Assembly (NCBI GenBank): GCA_036338695.1
Contig: JAYZBQ010000047.1
Location: 1-36,437 of the forward strand
Source of the DNA: Myxococcota bacterium
Lineage (GTDB): Bacteria > Myxococcota > UBA4151
Direction: 5' to 3'
Length of the DNA: 36,437 nt
Shown here: piece by piece, positions 1 through 8,618 of the stretch
Position numbering within the stretch: position 1 is the first letter of the stretch
Layout of the letters: the number at the start of each line of letters is the position of its first letter
Made by a program: the position numbers and the translations under genes
Notes under the pieces: model-generated
Seen by the model: the letters and a program-made list of their open reading frames with translations, nothing else
Databases searched by the model: none
What the model was told of the DNA's origin: nothing

Positions 1-2633
1 TCGGCCATGCCGTCTCCCTCGTGCTCAAGCGCTCCTCGGTACACGCCGCGGATGGCATGAGTCTGCGCCTGGTGGCGACCCCAGACCTGCTCAAGCGCCG
101 AGGAAATCTCGCCGACGGTGGCGCAAGCGCGCGCCGCCGCAACCGCCAGCGCCAGCAGGTTACCCTCGCCCGACGAAGCCGCCTCGGTCAGCGCCTTCAA
201 GCAGTCGCTCACGGCAGCCTCATCCCGGCCTGCCTTAAGCGCTGCCAGGCGCTCGAGCTGTGCGGCGCGCACGGCGGAGTTGTCGACCTTGAGCACCTCG
301 ACCGGCGGCTCGTTGCCCACCGGCCAGCGGTTGACGCCGATGACCACCTTATGACCCGAGTCAATGCGGGCTTGCGTCTTGGCCGAGGCCTCCTCGATGC
401 GCATTTTCGGGATTCCTTGATCGATCGCCGCCGCCATCCCGCCGAGCTCGTCGATCTCAGCGAGGTGGACGCGGGCGCGCTGGATCAACTGGTCGGTCAA
501 TTTCTCGATAAAGTACGACCCACCCCAGGGATCGACCGTCGCGCAGGTGTCGGTCTGCTGCTGAAGAAACAGCTGCGTCTGGCGAGCGATCGCGGCGCTA
601 AAGTCAGTGGGCAAGGCCAAGGCTTCGTCGAGCGCGTTGGTGTGCAAGCTCTGGGTGCCGCCTTGCGTGGCGGCCATCGCCTCGACGCAGGTGCGCGTGA
701 TGTTGTTGAACACGTCCTGGGCGGTGAGGCTCCAGCCGCTCGTCTGGCAGTGCGTCCGCAGGCAGGAGCTGCGCGGGTTCTTGGGTTCAAACTCGGCCAT
801 CAACTCAGCCCACAGCCGGCGCGCAGCGCGCAGCTTGGCGACCTCCATAAAGAAGTCCATCCCGATGGCGAAAAAGAAGCTCAAGCGCGGCGCAAAAGCG
901 TCGACATCCAAGCCCGCCGCCACGCCGCAGCGCACGTACTCAAGACCGTCCGCCAGCGTATACGCAAGCTCTAGATCCGCCGACGCGCCCGCCTCTTGCA
1001 TGTGGTACCCGGAGATCGAGATCGAGTTGAACTTCGGCATCTCCTGCGAGGTGTACTCAAAGATGTCGGAGATGATCCGCATCGAGGGTTTGGGCGGGTA
1101 GATGTAGGTGTTGCGCACCATAAACTCTTTGAGGATATCGTTCTGGATGGTGCCCGCCAGCTGCTCCGGCGAGACGCCCTGCTCCTCGGCGGCGATAATG
1201 TACATCGCCATAATCGGCAGCACCGCCCCGTTCATCGTCATCGACACGCTCATGCGATCCAGCGGGATCCCGTCGAACAGCAGGCGCATGTCGGCGATTG
1301 AGTCGATCGCAACCCCGGCCATGCCCACGTCGCCAAGGACGCGCTCATGGTCCGAGTCGTAGCCACGGTGGGTCGCTAGATCAAAGGCGACGCTGAGCCC
1401 CTTTTGCCCCGCCGCCAGGTTGCGGCGATAGAAGGCGTTGCTCGCCTCGGCGGTCGAAAACCCGGCGTATTGCCGCACCGTCCACGGCCGCTGGACGTAC
1501 ATCGTCGGGTAGGGTCCGCGCAGGTAAGGCCACTCACCCGGCCCACTCGATAGGGCGGGTACGCCCGTGAGGTCGGCGGCGTCGTAGGCGCTCTGCAGCG
1601 CGATCGCCTCCGGCGTCTCGAACTGCTCGGGTGGGCGCCCTGCGGGGGGCTTGACCGCCCCCGGCTCTAAGCCCAGCCCGGCGCGCAGCACCGACGCCAT
1701 CTCCAAGGTCAACGCGTCAAAGAAGTACGCCCCCCCAGCCGGGTCTTGAACTCTACCGATCTGAGACTCTTCAGCGAGGATGAGCTGACCGTTTCGAGCC
1801 AGCCTGCGCGCCAATTCGTCGTCGTACTCCGCCGGCAGCGGCAGAGGCCCCGAGATCACGGCGTCCATCCCTCCGCAGACAGCGCCCAGCAGCGCAGCCG
1901 TCGTGCGCAGATGGCTACCCCATGGATCATCCGGGTCCACCAGTGCAGGGTCGATCTTCGCGACGATCTGAGCACGCGCACGGACCCCCGCTGCGCTCAG
2001 GATCTCCGCCCAGACCAGGCGCACCGCGCGCCCTTGCGCAATGCCCGCTAGGAACTCAGCCGGGGCCAGCAACTCAAGGCTGAGGTGATGCGCCACCTGC
2101 TCAGCCTCAAACCCATCATCGACCAGGCGCTCAAAAGCGTCCTTGGCGCGCCGCAAGAGATCGAGCGCATCCGCCCCGGGGCGCTGGCTGACCCGAAGCG
2201 CGCGCAGGCGCGGCCGATCGAGCACGGAGCGCAGCCGATCGCTGACGTCGGCGAGCGCCAGCGCGCTTGGGTCCAACCCGAGCTGCAACCCGCCGTGCGC
2301 CACCCCTTCGGTCCAATCGAGCAAAGCCTGCGTGGTCTCCCAAGGCGTGCTGGCATCGAGCGAGACGCTTACCCGCCCCCAATCCAGCCCTACGCTCAGC
2401 AGCGACCAGTCGAGCGCCGCATGGGGCACCAAACGAAAGCCTTGGACGCCGCGGCTGGCGTCGCGCTGCAGCGCTCGGTTGACCGCTCGAGCGTCGTCGA
2501 CGTGATGTTCCTGAACGATGCGCCACGGCGTCCCACCGAGCAACGCGCTGCGCTGCTCGGGCGAGAGCGCCCCTTCACGAACCAGCGGCTCAAGTGGGAC
2601 CCCGAGTATCGTGTCGTTTCGACGAGTTTCCAC
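1..2633 (-). CDS. scpA: Methylmalonyl-CoA mutase: degenerate small-subunit (MutA-like) domain fused to catalytic large subunit; 3' end runs off the window
   Basis: Hand translation of the minus frame is open from GTG at 2633 (GGAGG 5 nt upstream; in-frame TGA at 2667-2669). Catalytic-subunit motifs: [91 protein letters not shown]. Tyr in RQYAGF fits methylmalonyl-CoA specificity. Absent from the ORF track because there is no stop in the window. Confidence 0.93.
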   Translation of the reverse strand, partial: METRRNDTILGVPLEPLVREGALSPEQRSALLGGTPWRIVQEHHVDDARAVNRALQRDASRGVQGFRLVPHAALDWSLLSVGLDWGRVSVSLDASTPWETTQALLDWTEGVAHGGLQLGLDPSALALADVSDRLRSVLDRPRLRALRVSQRPGADALDLLRRAKDAFERLVDDGFEAEQVAHHLSLELLAPAEFLAGIAQGRAVRLVWAEILSAAGVRARAQIVAKIDPALVDPDDPWGSHLRTTAALLGAVCGGMDAVISGPLPLPAEYDDELARRLARNGQLILAEESQIGRVQDPAGGAYFFDALTLEMASVLRAGLGLEPGAVKPPAGRPPEQFETPEAIALQSAYDAADLTGVPALSSGPGEWPYLRGPYPTMYVQRPWTVRQYAGFSTAEASNAFYRRNLAAGQKGLSVAFDLATHRGYDSDHERVLGDVGMAGVAIDSIADMRLLFDGIPLDRMSVSMTMNGAVLPIMAMYIIAAEEQGVSPEQLAGTIQNDILKEFMVRNTYIYPPKPSMRIISDIFEYTSQEMPKFNSISISGYHMQEAGASADLELAYTLADGLEYVRCGVAAGLDVDAFAPRLSFFFAIGMDFFMEVAKLRAARRLWAELMAEFEPKNPRSSCLRTHCQTSGWSLTAQDVFNNITRTCVEAMAATQGGTQSLHTNALDEALALPTDFSAAIARQTQLFLQQQTDTCATVDPWGGSYFIEKLTDQLIQRARVHLAEIDELGGMAAAIDQGIPKMRIEEASAKTQARIDSGHKVVIGVNRWPVGNEPPVEVLKVDNSAVRAAQLERLAALKAGRDEAAVSDCLKALTEAASSGEGNLLALAVAAARACATVGEISSALEQVWGRHQAQTHAIRGVYRGALEHEGDGMA

Positions 2634-2687
2634 GCAGACCTCCACTCCGGGCTGTCTTATTGAACATCAAAAGGGCGGAAGCAACGC

Positions 2688-3584
2688 CTAGCTGAACTCT
2701 CGGAGCGCTTCGCCCCAGGCGACGCCGCGGTCACGGACCAAGAGCGCCTCGCGCCCCAAGCGATCGAGCGTGGCGATCAGCAGCGCAAGCCCAGCCGGAA
2801 AAACATCGGCGCGTCCCGGCGGCAAGCCGTGATCCGCCCGGCGCTCGGCGAGCGGCTTGGCCGCCAAGGCTCGAAAGATCTGGTCCAGCGACGTGCGGCT
2901 GATCTCGTGGTGATCGACGCGCTCCGGGTCATACTCGCTCAAGCCGAGGTCGACCTGCGCCGTGGTCGTGGCGGTCCCAGCGACGGCTACGAGCGCCCCC
3001 GGCAGCCCCGCAGGGACCACCTCAAGCTCCGCGGCGCAGGCGGCGAGCAACGCATCGCAGGCGGCATCATTCATCGGCGCGGTCAGCCCGAGCCGCTCGG
3101 TCAGCCGAACGCTCCCGACCTTGAGGCTGACCCGGCCGTCGAGCCCTTGGTCGTCGCCCCAAGCCAGCTCCGTCGAGGCGCCGCCGACGTCGATCATGAC
3201 GCACGCGCCGCCGAGCCCGTCGAGCGCAGCGCGAAAGCTCAGCTGCGCCTCCTCCTCGCCCGAGATCGGTCGCAGGGCGACCCCCAACCGCTTTGCCGCC
3301 TCGATCATCACCGCCTGATTACTGGCTTCGCGCAAAGCGGCGGTGCCCACCGCGACGACCGGCTCGGCGCCGAGCGAGCGAGCGCGCTCAGCAAAGCGCG
3401 CAAGCGCCTCAAGACTGCGCGCCATCGCCGCCTCGCTGAGCCGCCCGGACCCGTCCAGCCCTTCGCCGAGTCGCGTCAGCGCCAGCTCGCTGGTGACGCG
3501 CCGAAAGCCGCTGGCGTCGCGCTCGAGCACCAGCAGCACGCAACTGTTGCTTCCCAAGTCGATCGTCGCTACCCGGCTGCGCAT
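2688..3584 (-). CDS. ppx: Ppx/GppA family exopolyphosphatase / pppGpp phosphohydrolase, short form without C-terminal HD domain
   Basis: Motifs ATIDLGSNS, TRLGEG, GTAALREASN, ISGEEEA, IDVGGASTE, GRADVFPAG. ATG at 3584 preferred over 3683 because AGGAGG lies 6 nt upstream. Confidence 0.9.
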   Translation of the reverse strand: MRSRVATIDLGSNSCVLLVLERDASGFRRVTSELALTRLGEGLDGSGRLSEAAMARSLEALARFAERARSLGAEPVVAVGTAALREASNQAVMIEAAKRLGVALRPISGEEEAQLSFRAALDGLGGACVMIDVGGASTELAWGDDQGLDGRVSLKVGSVRLTERLGLTAPMNDAACDALLAACAAELEVVPAGLPGALVAVAGTATTTAQVDLGLSEYDPERVDHHEISRTSLDQIFRALAAKPLAERRADHGLPPGRADVFPAGLALLIATLDRLGREALLVRDRGVAWGEALREFS

Positions 3585-3645
3585 GCTCAACCTCCTGGCG
3601 CAGATGTGCCGAAGAGTAAGGAGGTTGGGAAGATCCTGCGCATGC
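3577..3645 (-). promoter_or_regulatory. Inverted repeat that can sequester the ppx Shine-Dalgarno; contains an 18-codon uORF
   Basis: CAACCTCCT (3588-3596) and AGGAGGTTG (3619-3627) form a perfect 9-bp inverted repeat. CTGCGCATGC is directly repeated at 3577-3586 and 3636-3645. Confidence 0.4.
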
Positions 3646-3676
3646 ATCGGTCTTGAGAGACGAAGGGCAGACGACC

Positions 3677-4099
3677 ATGGCATTTAGCTTAGGCGGCGGC
3701 GACGACGATCACCCAGTCGCTGAGATCAACATCACGCCGATGGTGGACATCATGCTGGTGCTCCTGATCATCTTCATGGTGACGGCGCCGCTGATGAAGC
3801 AAGGGGTCGATGTCAACCTCCCGCAAGCCGCTTCCACGCCGGTGAATACAGAGGACGACCGCCTCGTCCTCACCATGACCAAGGCGAAGAAGTTTTTCCT
3901 CGGCAAGGTCGAGATCCCTGCGGCCCAGCTCGCCCAAAAACTGGGCGCAAACGCCAAGATCAAGGAGGGCAAAGCCTTGTATCTCCACGCCGACGCAGCG
4001 CTCGGCTACGGCGAGGTGGTCGCCATCATGGCGGACCTGCGCCAAGCGGGCGTCCGGCAGCTCGGTTTGATCACCGACCCCGAGGCGCCCACGCCATGA
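3677..4099 (+). CDS. tolR: TolR/ExbD biopolymer transporter
   Basis: EINITPMVDIMLVLLIIFMVTAP transmembrane motif with the conserved Asp; C-terminal LHADAALGYGEVVAIMADLRQAG. ATG at 3677. Confidence 0.92.
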   Translation: MAFSLGGGDDDHPVAEINITPMVDIMLVLLIIFMVTAPLMKQGVDVNLPQAASTPVNTEDDRLVLTMTKAKKFFLGKVEIPAAQLAQKLGANAKIKEGKALYLHADAALGYGEVVAIMADLRQAGVRQLGLITDPEAPTP

Positions 4100-4836
4100 G
4101 CGCACGGCCGAAGGCATCGCAACGAGCGATCGGCTGGTCTCGAGCGCTGGGTCTGAGCGTCGGGTTGCACGGCTTGATCGTCCTCGGGTTGGTCTTTGCA
4201 GGGGGTGACGCGCCAGCCAAACCCCTGCAGCACGCCATCGTCGCCGAGCTCGTCGCCAAAGGCGAAGAGCAAAAGAAGAAAGAGCTCCCACGCCGGGTCC
4301 GCACCACAAAAAAGCGCCCCAGCCCCAAACGCGCCAAGCGCCCGGTCCCCAAGCGCGCCAGCAAGGCGACCGAGCGATCGGCTGACGAAGCGCTTCAACG
4401 CCTCGAGGCGCTCGCTGCGGGCGAAGAAGCCGACGAGGCGCTGGCGCGTCTCGGTCAGCAGGAGCAGACGGGAGATGACCCCAAGGACGCAAAGGGAAAG
4501 AAAGAGGGCTCGGAGCAGGGGACTTTAAGCCAAGGTGAGCTCACGCAGCTGCAGAACAGCTACCTCAGCTTGGTCGGGCAGGCGATCAAAGCGGACGGCA
4601 ACTATCGCATCTCGGACACCATATCGGCGGCTGAGCGCGTTCGCTTAGTGGCCGTCCTGTTCTTGCGCATTGGCGCTCAAGGTCAGCTGCTCGAGGTCCG
4701 GCTGGAGTCCAGTTCCGGACACGACCAATTTGACCGGGACATCGTCAGCGCAGCGCGCTCGGCGCGCTACCCTGCGCCGCCCAAAGCGCTCGCCGTGCGC
4801 GTCGCGGCGGGCGTGAGAGGAACCTTCCGCCCATGA
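4096..4836 (+). CDS. tolA: TolA / TonB C-terminal domain protein
   Basis: N-terminal TM helix with SxxxH motif (SVGLH), Lys/Pro-rich linker, C-terminal ESSSGHDQFDRDIVSAA...PAPP. Lies between tolR and tolB with ATGA overlaps. Confidence 0.8.
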   Translation: MSARPKASQRAIGWSRALGLSVGLHGLIVLGLVFAGGDAPAKPLQHAIVAELVAKGEEQKKKELPRRVRTTKKRPSPKRAKRPVPKRASKATERSADEALQRLEALAAGEEADEALARLGQQEQTGDDPKDAKGKKEGSEQGTLSQGELTQLQNSYLSLVGQAIKADGNYRISDTISAAERVRLVAVLFLRIGAQGQLLEVRLESSSGHDQFDRDIVSAARSARYPAPPKALAVRVAAGVRGTFRP

Positions 4837-6128
4837 TCTACGCGCTCGCACTCAGCCTGCTCGCTAGCGACTTCGAGGTCTCTGGCGCCACCGTCTCCGC
4901 CTACCCCATCGCCGTCGCCGAGGTCGCAACAGCGGGTGAGCTCGGCTTGGCATCCGCTCAGCTCCGAAAGCGGATTGAGCCCATGCTCGACCTGACCGGG
5001 ATGTTCCGGGTCCTCGACCGAGCGAGTTTTCTGGCGCCCGCCACCGAGCCTGCAGAGGCTGCTCAGATCAACTGGGAGGCGTGGCAACAAGTCGGCGCGC
5101 GCGGGCTGCTCAAGCTCGCCCTGCGCGCCAGCGGGCAGCAGACAGAGGTCAACTGGCGCCTCTACGACGCCGGCACACAAGCCCTCTTGACCAAAGGCTC
5201 GATCAAGACCGACGCTAAGAAAGCGGCGAGCACAGCGCCGGCTATCGCAGACGCCGTGATCCTCAGGCTGTCCGGCGAGCCGGGTCCCTTCGCCAGCCGG
5301 ATCGCCTTCACACGCCGAGAGGGGCGTAACTCGTCGATCTGGACAACCGCCTCCGACGGCTCGGACCTCAGGCGGGTCACCAACGACAAAACCCTCAACA
5401 TCCTGCCCGCCTGGGGCGCCGGCGGGCAGAGCCTCTACTTCACCCACCTAAGCGACCAAGGTCAGCACCTCTACCTCGCAGGCATCAACGGAGGGCCTTG
5501 GAAAGGCATCTCGCGGCGCAAAGGCTCCAACGCCGGCGCCGCGCTCAGTCGTGGCCCGGTGACGCTCGGCGGTAAAACCCACAAGCGCTTGCTCGCGCTC
5601 GCGCTGAGCCGAGACGGCAACACCGAGCTCTACGCGCTGACACCAGGCGGTGAGATCGTTGCGCAGCTGACCAAGCACTGGGCGATCGACTGCTCGCCAA
5701 GCTGGAGCCCCGACGGCAAGTCGCTTGCGTTCGTATCCAACCGAGGCGGCTCGCCGCAGATCTATGCGCTCAAGCTCGCGGACTTGAGCGTTCGGCGGCT
5801 CACCTTCAAAGGCAGCTACAACCAGACGCCTGCCTGGTCGCCTCGCGGCGACCTGATCGCGTTTAGTGGGCGCGATGAGCGCAACGTCTTTGACCTGTTC
5901 ACGGTGAACCCGAGCACCCTGGAGATCAAACGCCTCACGCAGGCTCAAGGGCAGAACCAAGAGCCGAGCTGGGCGCCCAACGGACGCCTGATCGTCTTCT
6001 CGTCCACGCGCAACGGACAGGGCGCCCGACTCTACATCATGCGCGAAGATGGTCGCCATCATCGCCTGCTGAACCCAAAGCTCGGCGCGGCCACCACGCC
6101 GCGCTGGTCCGGGTTTCGGACCCCGTAA
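4833..6128 (+). CDS. tolB: TolB beta-propeller periplasmic protein
   Basis: Signal peptide, TolB N-terminal domain (GPFASRIAF), PD40-type repeats SPSWSPDGKSLAFVSNRGG, TPAWSPRGDLIAF, EPSWAPNGRLIVFSS. Confidence 0.92.
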   Translation: MIYALALSLLASDFEVSGATVSAYPIAVAEVATAGELGLASAQLRKRIEPMLDLTGMFRVLDRASFLAPATEPAEAAQINWEAWQQVGARGLLKLALRASGQQTEVNWRLYDAGTQALLTKGSIKTDAKKAASTAPAIADAVILRLSGEPGPFASRIAFTRREGRNSSIWTTASDGSDLRRVTNDKTLNILPAWGAGGQSLYFTHLSDQGQHLYLAGINGGPWKGISRRKGSNAGAALSRGPVTLGGKTHKRLLALALSRDGNTELYALTPGGEIVAQLTKHWAIDCSPSWSPDGKSLAFVSNRGGSPQIYALKLADLSVRRLTFKGSYNQTPAWSPRGDLIAFSGRDERNVFDLFTVNPSTLEIKRLTQAQGQNQEPSWAPNGRLIVFSSTRNGQGARLYIMREDGRHHRLLNPKLGAATTPRWSGFRTP

Positions 6129-6136
6129 GACAGGTC

Positions 6137-6232
6137 GTACCCGCCGCTCACCTAAACCTTTGACCGGCGCGAGACGTTCTCGGTGACGAAGCCCCGCGCG
6201 TGCGGGGTCGTTTTAGGCGTGAGCGTGGTATG
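6137..6232 (+). promoter_or_regulatory. Structured RNA element filling the tolB-pilM intergenic region (terminator-like hairpin inside a larger multi-stem fold)
   Basis: CGCTCAC 6145-6151 pairs with GTGAGCG 6219-6225; CCTAAA 6151-6156 with TTTAGG 6212-6217; CGAGA 6170-6174 with TCTCG 6178-6182; GCCCCGC 6191-6197 with GCGGGGT 6202-6208, followed by CGTTTT. Confidence 0.5.
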
Positions 6233-7294
6233 GCGAAACTGAGTCTAGGTCTCGATATCGGGTCGCACCAGGTCAAGCTGGTGGCGCTGACGCAGACTCG
6301 GCGCGGCTACCGCCTCGACCAGGTCGGGAGCATGCCGATCCCCGCTGAGACCATCGTCGACGAAGAGCTGCTCAACTCAGCGGCGCTGGTCTCCACGCTG
6401 CGTGAGCTGCTGGCGAAGACGCAGGTCCGGCGTCGCGACGCCGCCATCGGCCTTGGCGGACGCGCCACGATCGTACGGCACATCCGGCTGCCAGCGATGA
6501 GCGAAGCCGAGCTCGAAGAGAGCCTGGCGTGGGAAGCCAAGCAATACATACCCTTCGACCTCGAGGAGGTTTACCTCGACTTCCACATGGGCCGAGTGGA
6601 CGAAGAGACCGAGCAGATGGACGTCATCCTCGTGGCGGCGAAGCGAACCGTCGTCGACGATTACTGCGCCGCCGTTCGGTTGGCGGGTCTCAAGCCGGTG
6701 GTCGTCGACGCCCTGCCCTTCGCAGCGGCTAACGCCTTCAACCACGCTTACCCGGAACATTATGATGAGGTCACCGCCATCGTCGACCTCGGCGCCCACC
6801 TGTGCACGGTCTCCGTCGTCCACCAAGGCGAGGTCCTCTACAGCAGAGCGCTCGAGCAAGGCTCCGCCAAGCTGACCGATGCGCTGCAGCGGCAGCTTGC
6901 GCTGCCTTACGCTCAAGCCGAAGCCTTCAAAACCGGCGACGTCGCCGATGGGCTGGTCCCCGCAGACGTCCAGCGCGTGCTCGAAGAGGCGAGCGGCGAG
7001 ATGGTCGGTGAGCTGCGCAACCTGATCAACTACCACGCCGACCAAGGCGGGCTACCGCTTGAGCGCCTGTATCTATCGGGTGGTGCGGCGAATTCAGACG
7101 CCCTCTGCACGGCGCTCGCACGAGAGATCGGGCTCGATGCGGCGCGACTCGACCCCTTTCGTGCGCTCCAAAGCAAACACCGAGCCGCCGACGTCAGCGA
7201 ACTTCAACGGCTCGGCTGCCAAGCGACCATTGCGATGGGGCTGGGCTGCCGCTCCACGCTGGATCGCCTCGACGCCAGTAAGGAACGCAAATGA
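6230..7294 (+). CDS. pilM: Type IV pilus assembly protein PilM (actin-like)
   Basis: LGLDIGSHQVKLV, WEAKQYIPFDLEEVYLDF, VILVAAKR, AIVDLGA, LYLSGGAA; first gene of the MNOPQ series. Confidence 0.95.
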   Translation: MAKLSLGLDIGSHQVKLVALTQTRRGYRLDQVGSMPIPAETIVDEELLNSAALVSTLRELLAKTQVRRRDAAIGLGGRATIVRHIRLPAMSEAELEESLAWEAKQYIPFDLEEVYLDFHMGRVDEETEQMDVILVAAKRTVVDDYCAAVRLAGLKPVVVDALPFAAANAFNHAYPEHYDEVTAIVDLGAHLCTVSVVHQGEVLYSRALEQGSAKLTDALQRQLALPYAQAEAFKTGDVADGLVPADVQRVLEEASGEMVGELRNLINYHADQGGLPLERLYLSGGAANSDALCTALAREIGLDAARLDPFRALQSKHRAADVSELQRLGCQATIAMGLGCRSTLDRLDASKERK

Positions 7295-7974
7295 TCCGCG
7301 TTAACTTACTGCCGATCCGAGAGGAGGCGCGCCAGCGCGACCTCAAACAGCAGCTCATGCTGCTGGGCCTCGTCGTGATCGCCGAGATGCTGGCGCTGTC
7401 CATGTGGTACGCCTCGGTAGCTGATGTCCTGGGCACCCGCCAGAGCGAGCTGCGCATCGAGCAACGCAAAACGACCGAGCTTCAGCGCGAAGCCGGCACC
7501 CTCGATAAGCTCAAAAAAGAAGAAGAGAAGCTGCGCGCCAAAGCCGAGATCGTCGACATCATCGACAAGCTGCGCGCCGACCCTTCACGCGTCATGATGC
7601 AGCTGGCGCGCAACATCCCCAACCGCGTCTGGCTGACCGGGATGTCCTTCTATCCGATCGCTCAACCTTTGGGTCTTAGGGATCCGGTCGTCAAAGGCGG
7701 CGAGCGCATCAGCATCGACATGCTGCCCAAGCTCGCTGAGCCGATCTTTGCGATCGGCGTAACGGGCTACGCCATGGGCCCTTCAGACGTCACCGACTTC
7801 GCCAAGAACATGCGCGGCAGCGCGCTCTTCGATCACATCGAGTTCGGGGAGGTCAAAGAGGTCCTCTACAAAGAGGCTCAGATCCCCGTCCAAAGCTTCA
7901 GTTTGTTCGCCCGTGTGGCAGGCTGGAAGCCAGCTGAGATCGATCGAAGCGGGAAGAAACGAGGTAAGAAGTGA
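7291..7974 (+). CDS. pilN: Type IV pilus assembly protein PilN
   Basis: MIRVNLLP PilM-binding motif, TM helix, coiled coil, IPNRVWLTGM; 4-nt overlap with pilM. Confidence 0.92.
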   Translation: MIRVNLLPIREEARQRDLKQQLMLLGLVVIAEMLALSMWYASVADVLGTRQSELRIEQRKTTELQREAGTLDKLKKEEEKLRAKAEIVDIIDKLRADPSRVMMQLARNIPNRVWLTGMSFYPIAQPLGLRDPVVKGGERISIDMLPKLAEPIFAIGVTGYAMGPSDVTDFAKNMRGSALFDHIEFGEVKEVLYKEAQIPVQSFSLFARVAGWKPAEIDRSGKKRGKK

Positions 7975-8618
7975 ACAACCTTCAAAATCTCGTCGAGCGC
8001 TGGGGTGGGCTCCCCAAGCAGCAGCGGCTGCTCATCGCTTTTGGGACGCCGGTCGTCGTCTTCGCTGTCTTTTACTTTCTGATCCTCAGCGGCGTCGAGG
8101 GAAGCCTCCAGGAGACCACCCAAAACATCTCCAAAGAGCGCCGCACGCAAGGCGACCTCGAGGTCGAGATTCGTAACCAACACGTGCTTGAGCAGGAATT
8201 TAAGTTCAAACAAGCTAAGGTGCGCGAGATCGAGCGAAAGATCCCGATGGAGGCGGACCCGGGTGATCTGCTCGATAAGGTCTATGAGCAAGCGGGGGTC
8301 TCGCGGCTGGACCTCAGGACCTTCAAACCGGAGTCCGAGCTGCGGGTCAAAGAGATGGCCTTCATCATCAACCGAGGCGACTTCTCGGGGACCTACCACG
8401 CCGTGGGTGAATTCCTGGACCGCATCGGCCACCTCGAGCGCCTCGTGAAGGTCTTGGCGATTCAGTTCAAGGTCAACCAGAACGCCAAATCCAAAGATGG
8501 CTCACTGATTGCCAACCAGCTTGTCGGGACCGCCACCATCGCAGCGTTTCGCCTGCTGCGCGATGACGAGCTCGAGAGCTTGAGCAAAAAGAAGAAGCGG
8601 CGAGGGCGTAGACGATGA
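7971..8618 (+). CDS. pilO: Type IV pilus assembly protein PilO
   Basis: TM helix, coiled coil, GTYHAVGEFLDRIGHLERLV signature; GTGA overlap with pilN. Confidence 0.92.
   Translation: MNNLQNLVERWGGLPKQQRLLIAFGTPVVVFAVFYFLILSGVEGSLQETTQNISKERRTQGDLEVEIRNQHVLEQEFKFKQAKVREIERKIPMEADPGDLLDKVYEQAGVSRLDLRTFKPESELRVKEMAFIINRGDFSGTYHAVGEFLDRIGHLERLVKVLAIQFKVNQNAKSKDGSLIANQLVGTATIAAFRLLRDDELESLSKKKKRRGRRR

Noticed and set aside
21..2663. Plus-strand ORFs 21-974, 996-1301, 1746-2051, 2085-2663
   Set aside because: Same-register antisense shadows of the mutase gene in GC-rich DNA; no recognisable motifs.
3585..3683. Longer ppx N-terminus from 3683 and longer tolR from 3653
   Set aside because: The extensions would overlap the divergent gene and lack family motifs; ATG 3584 has a strong SD.
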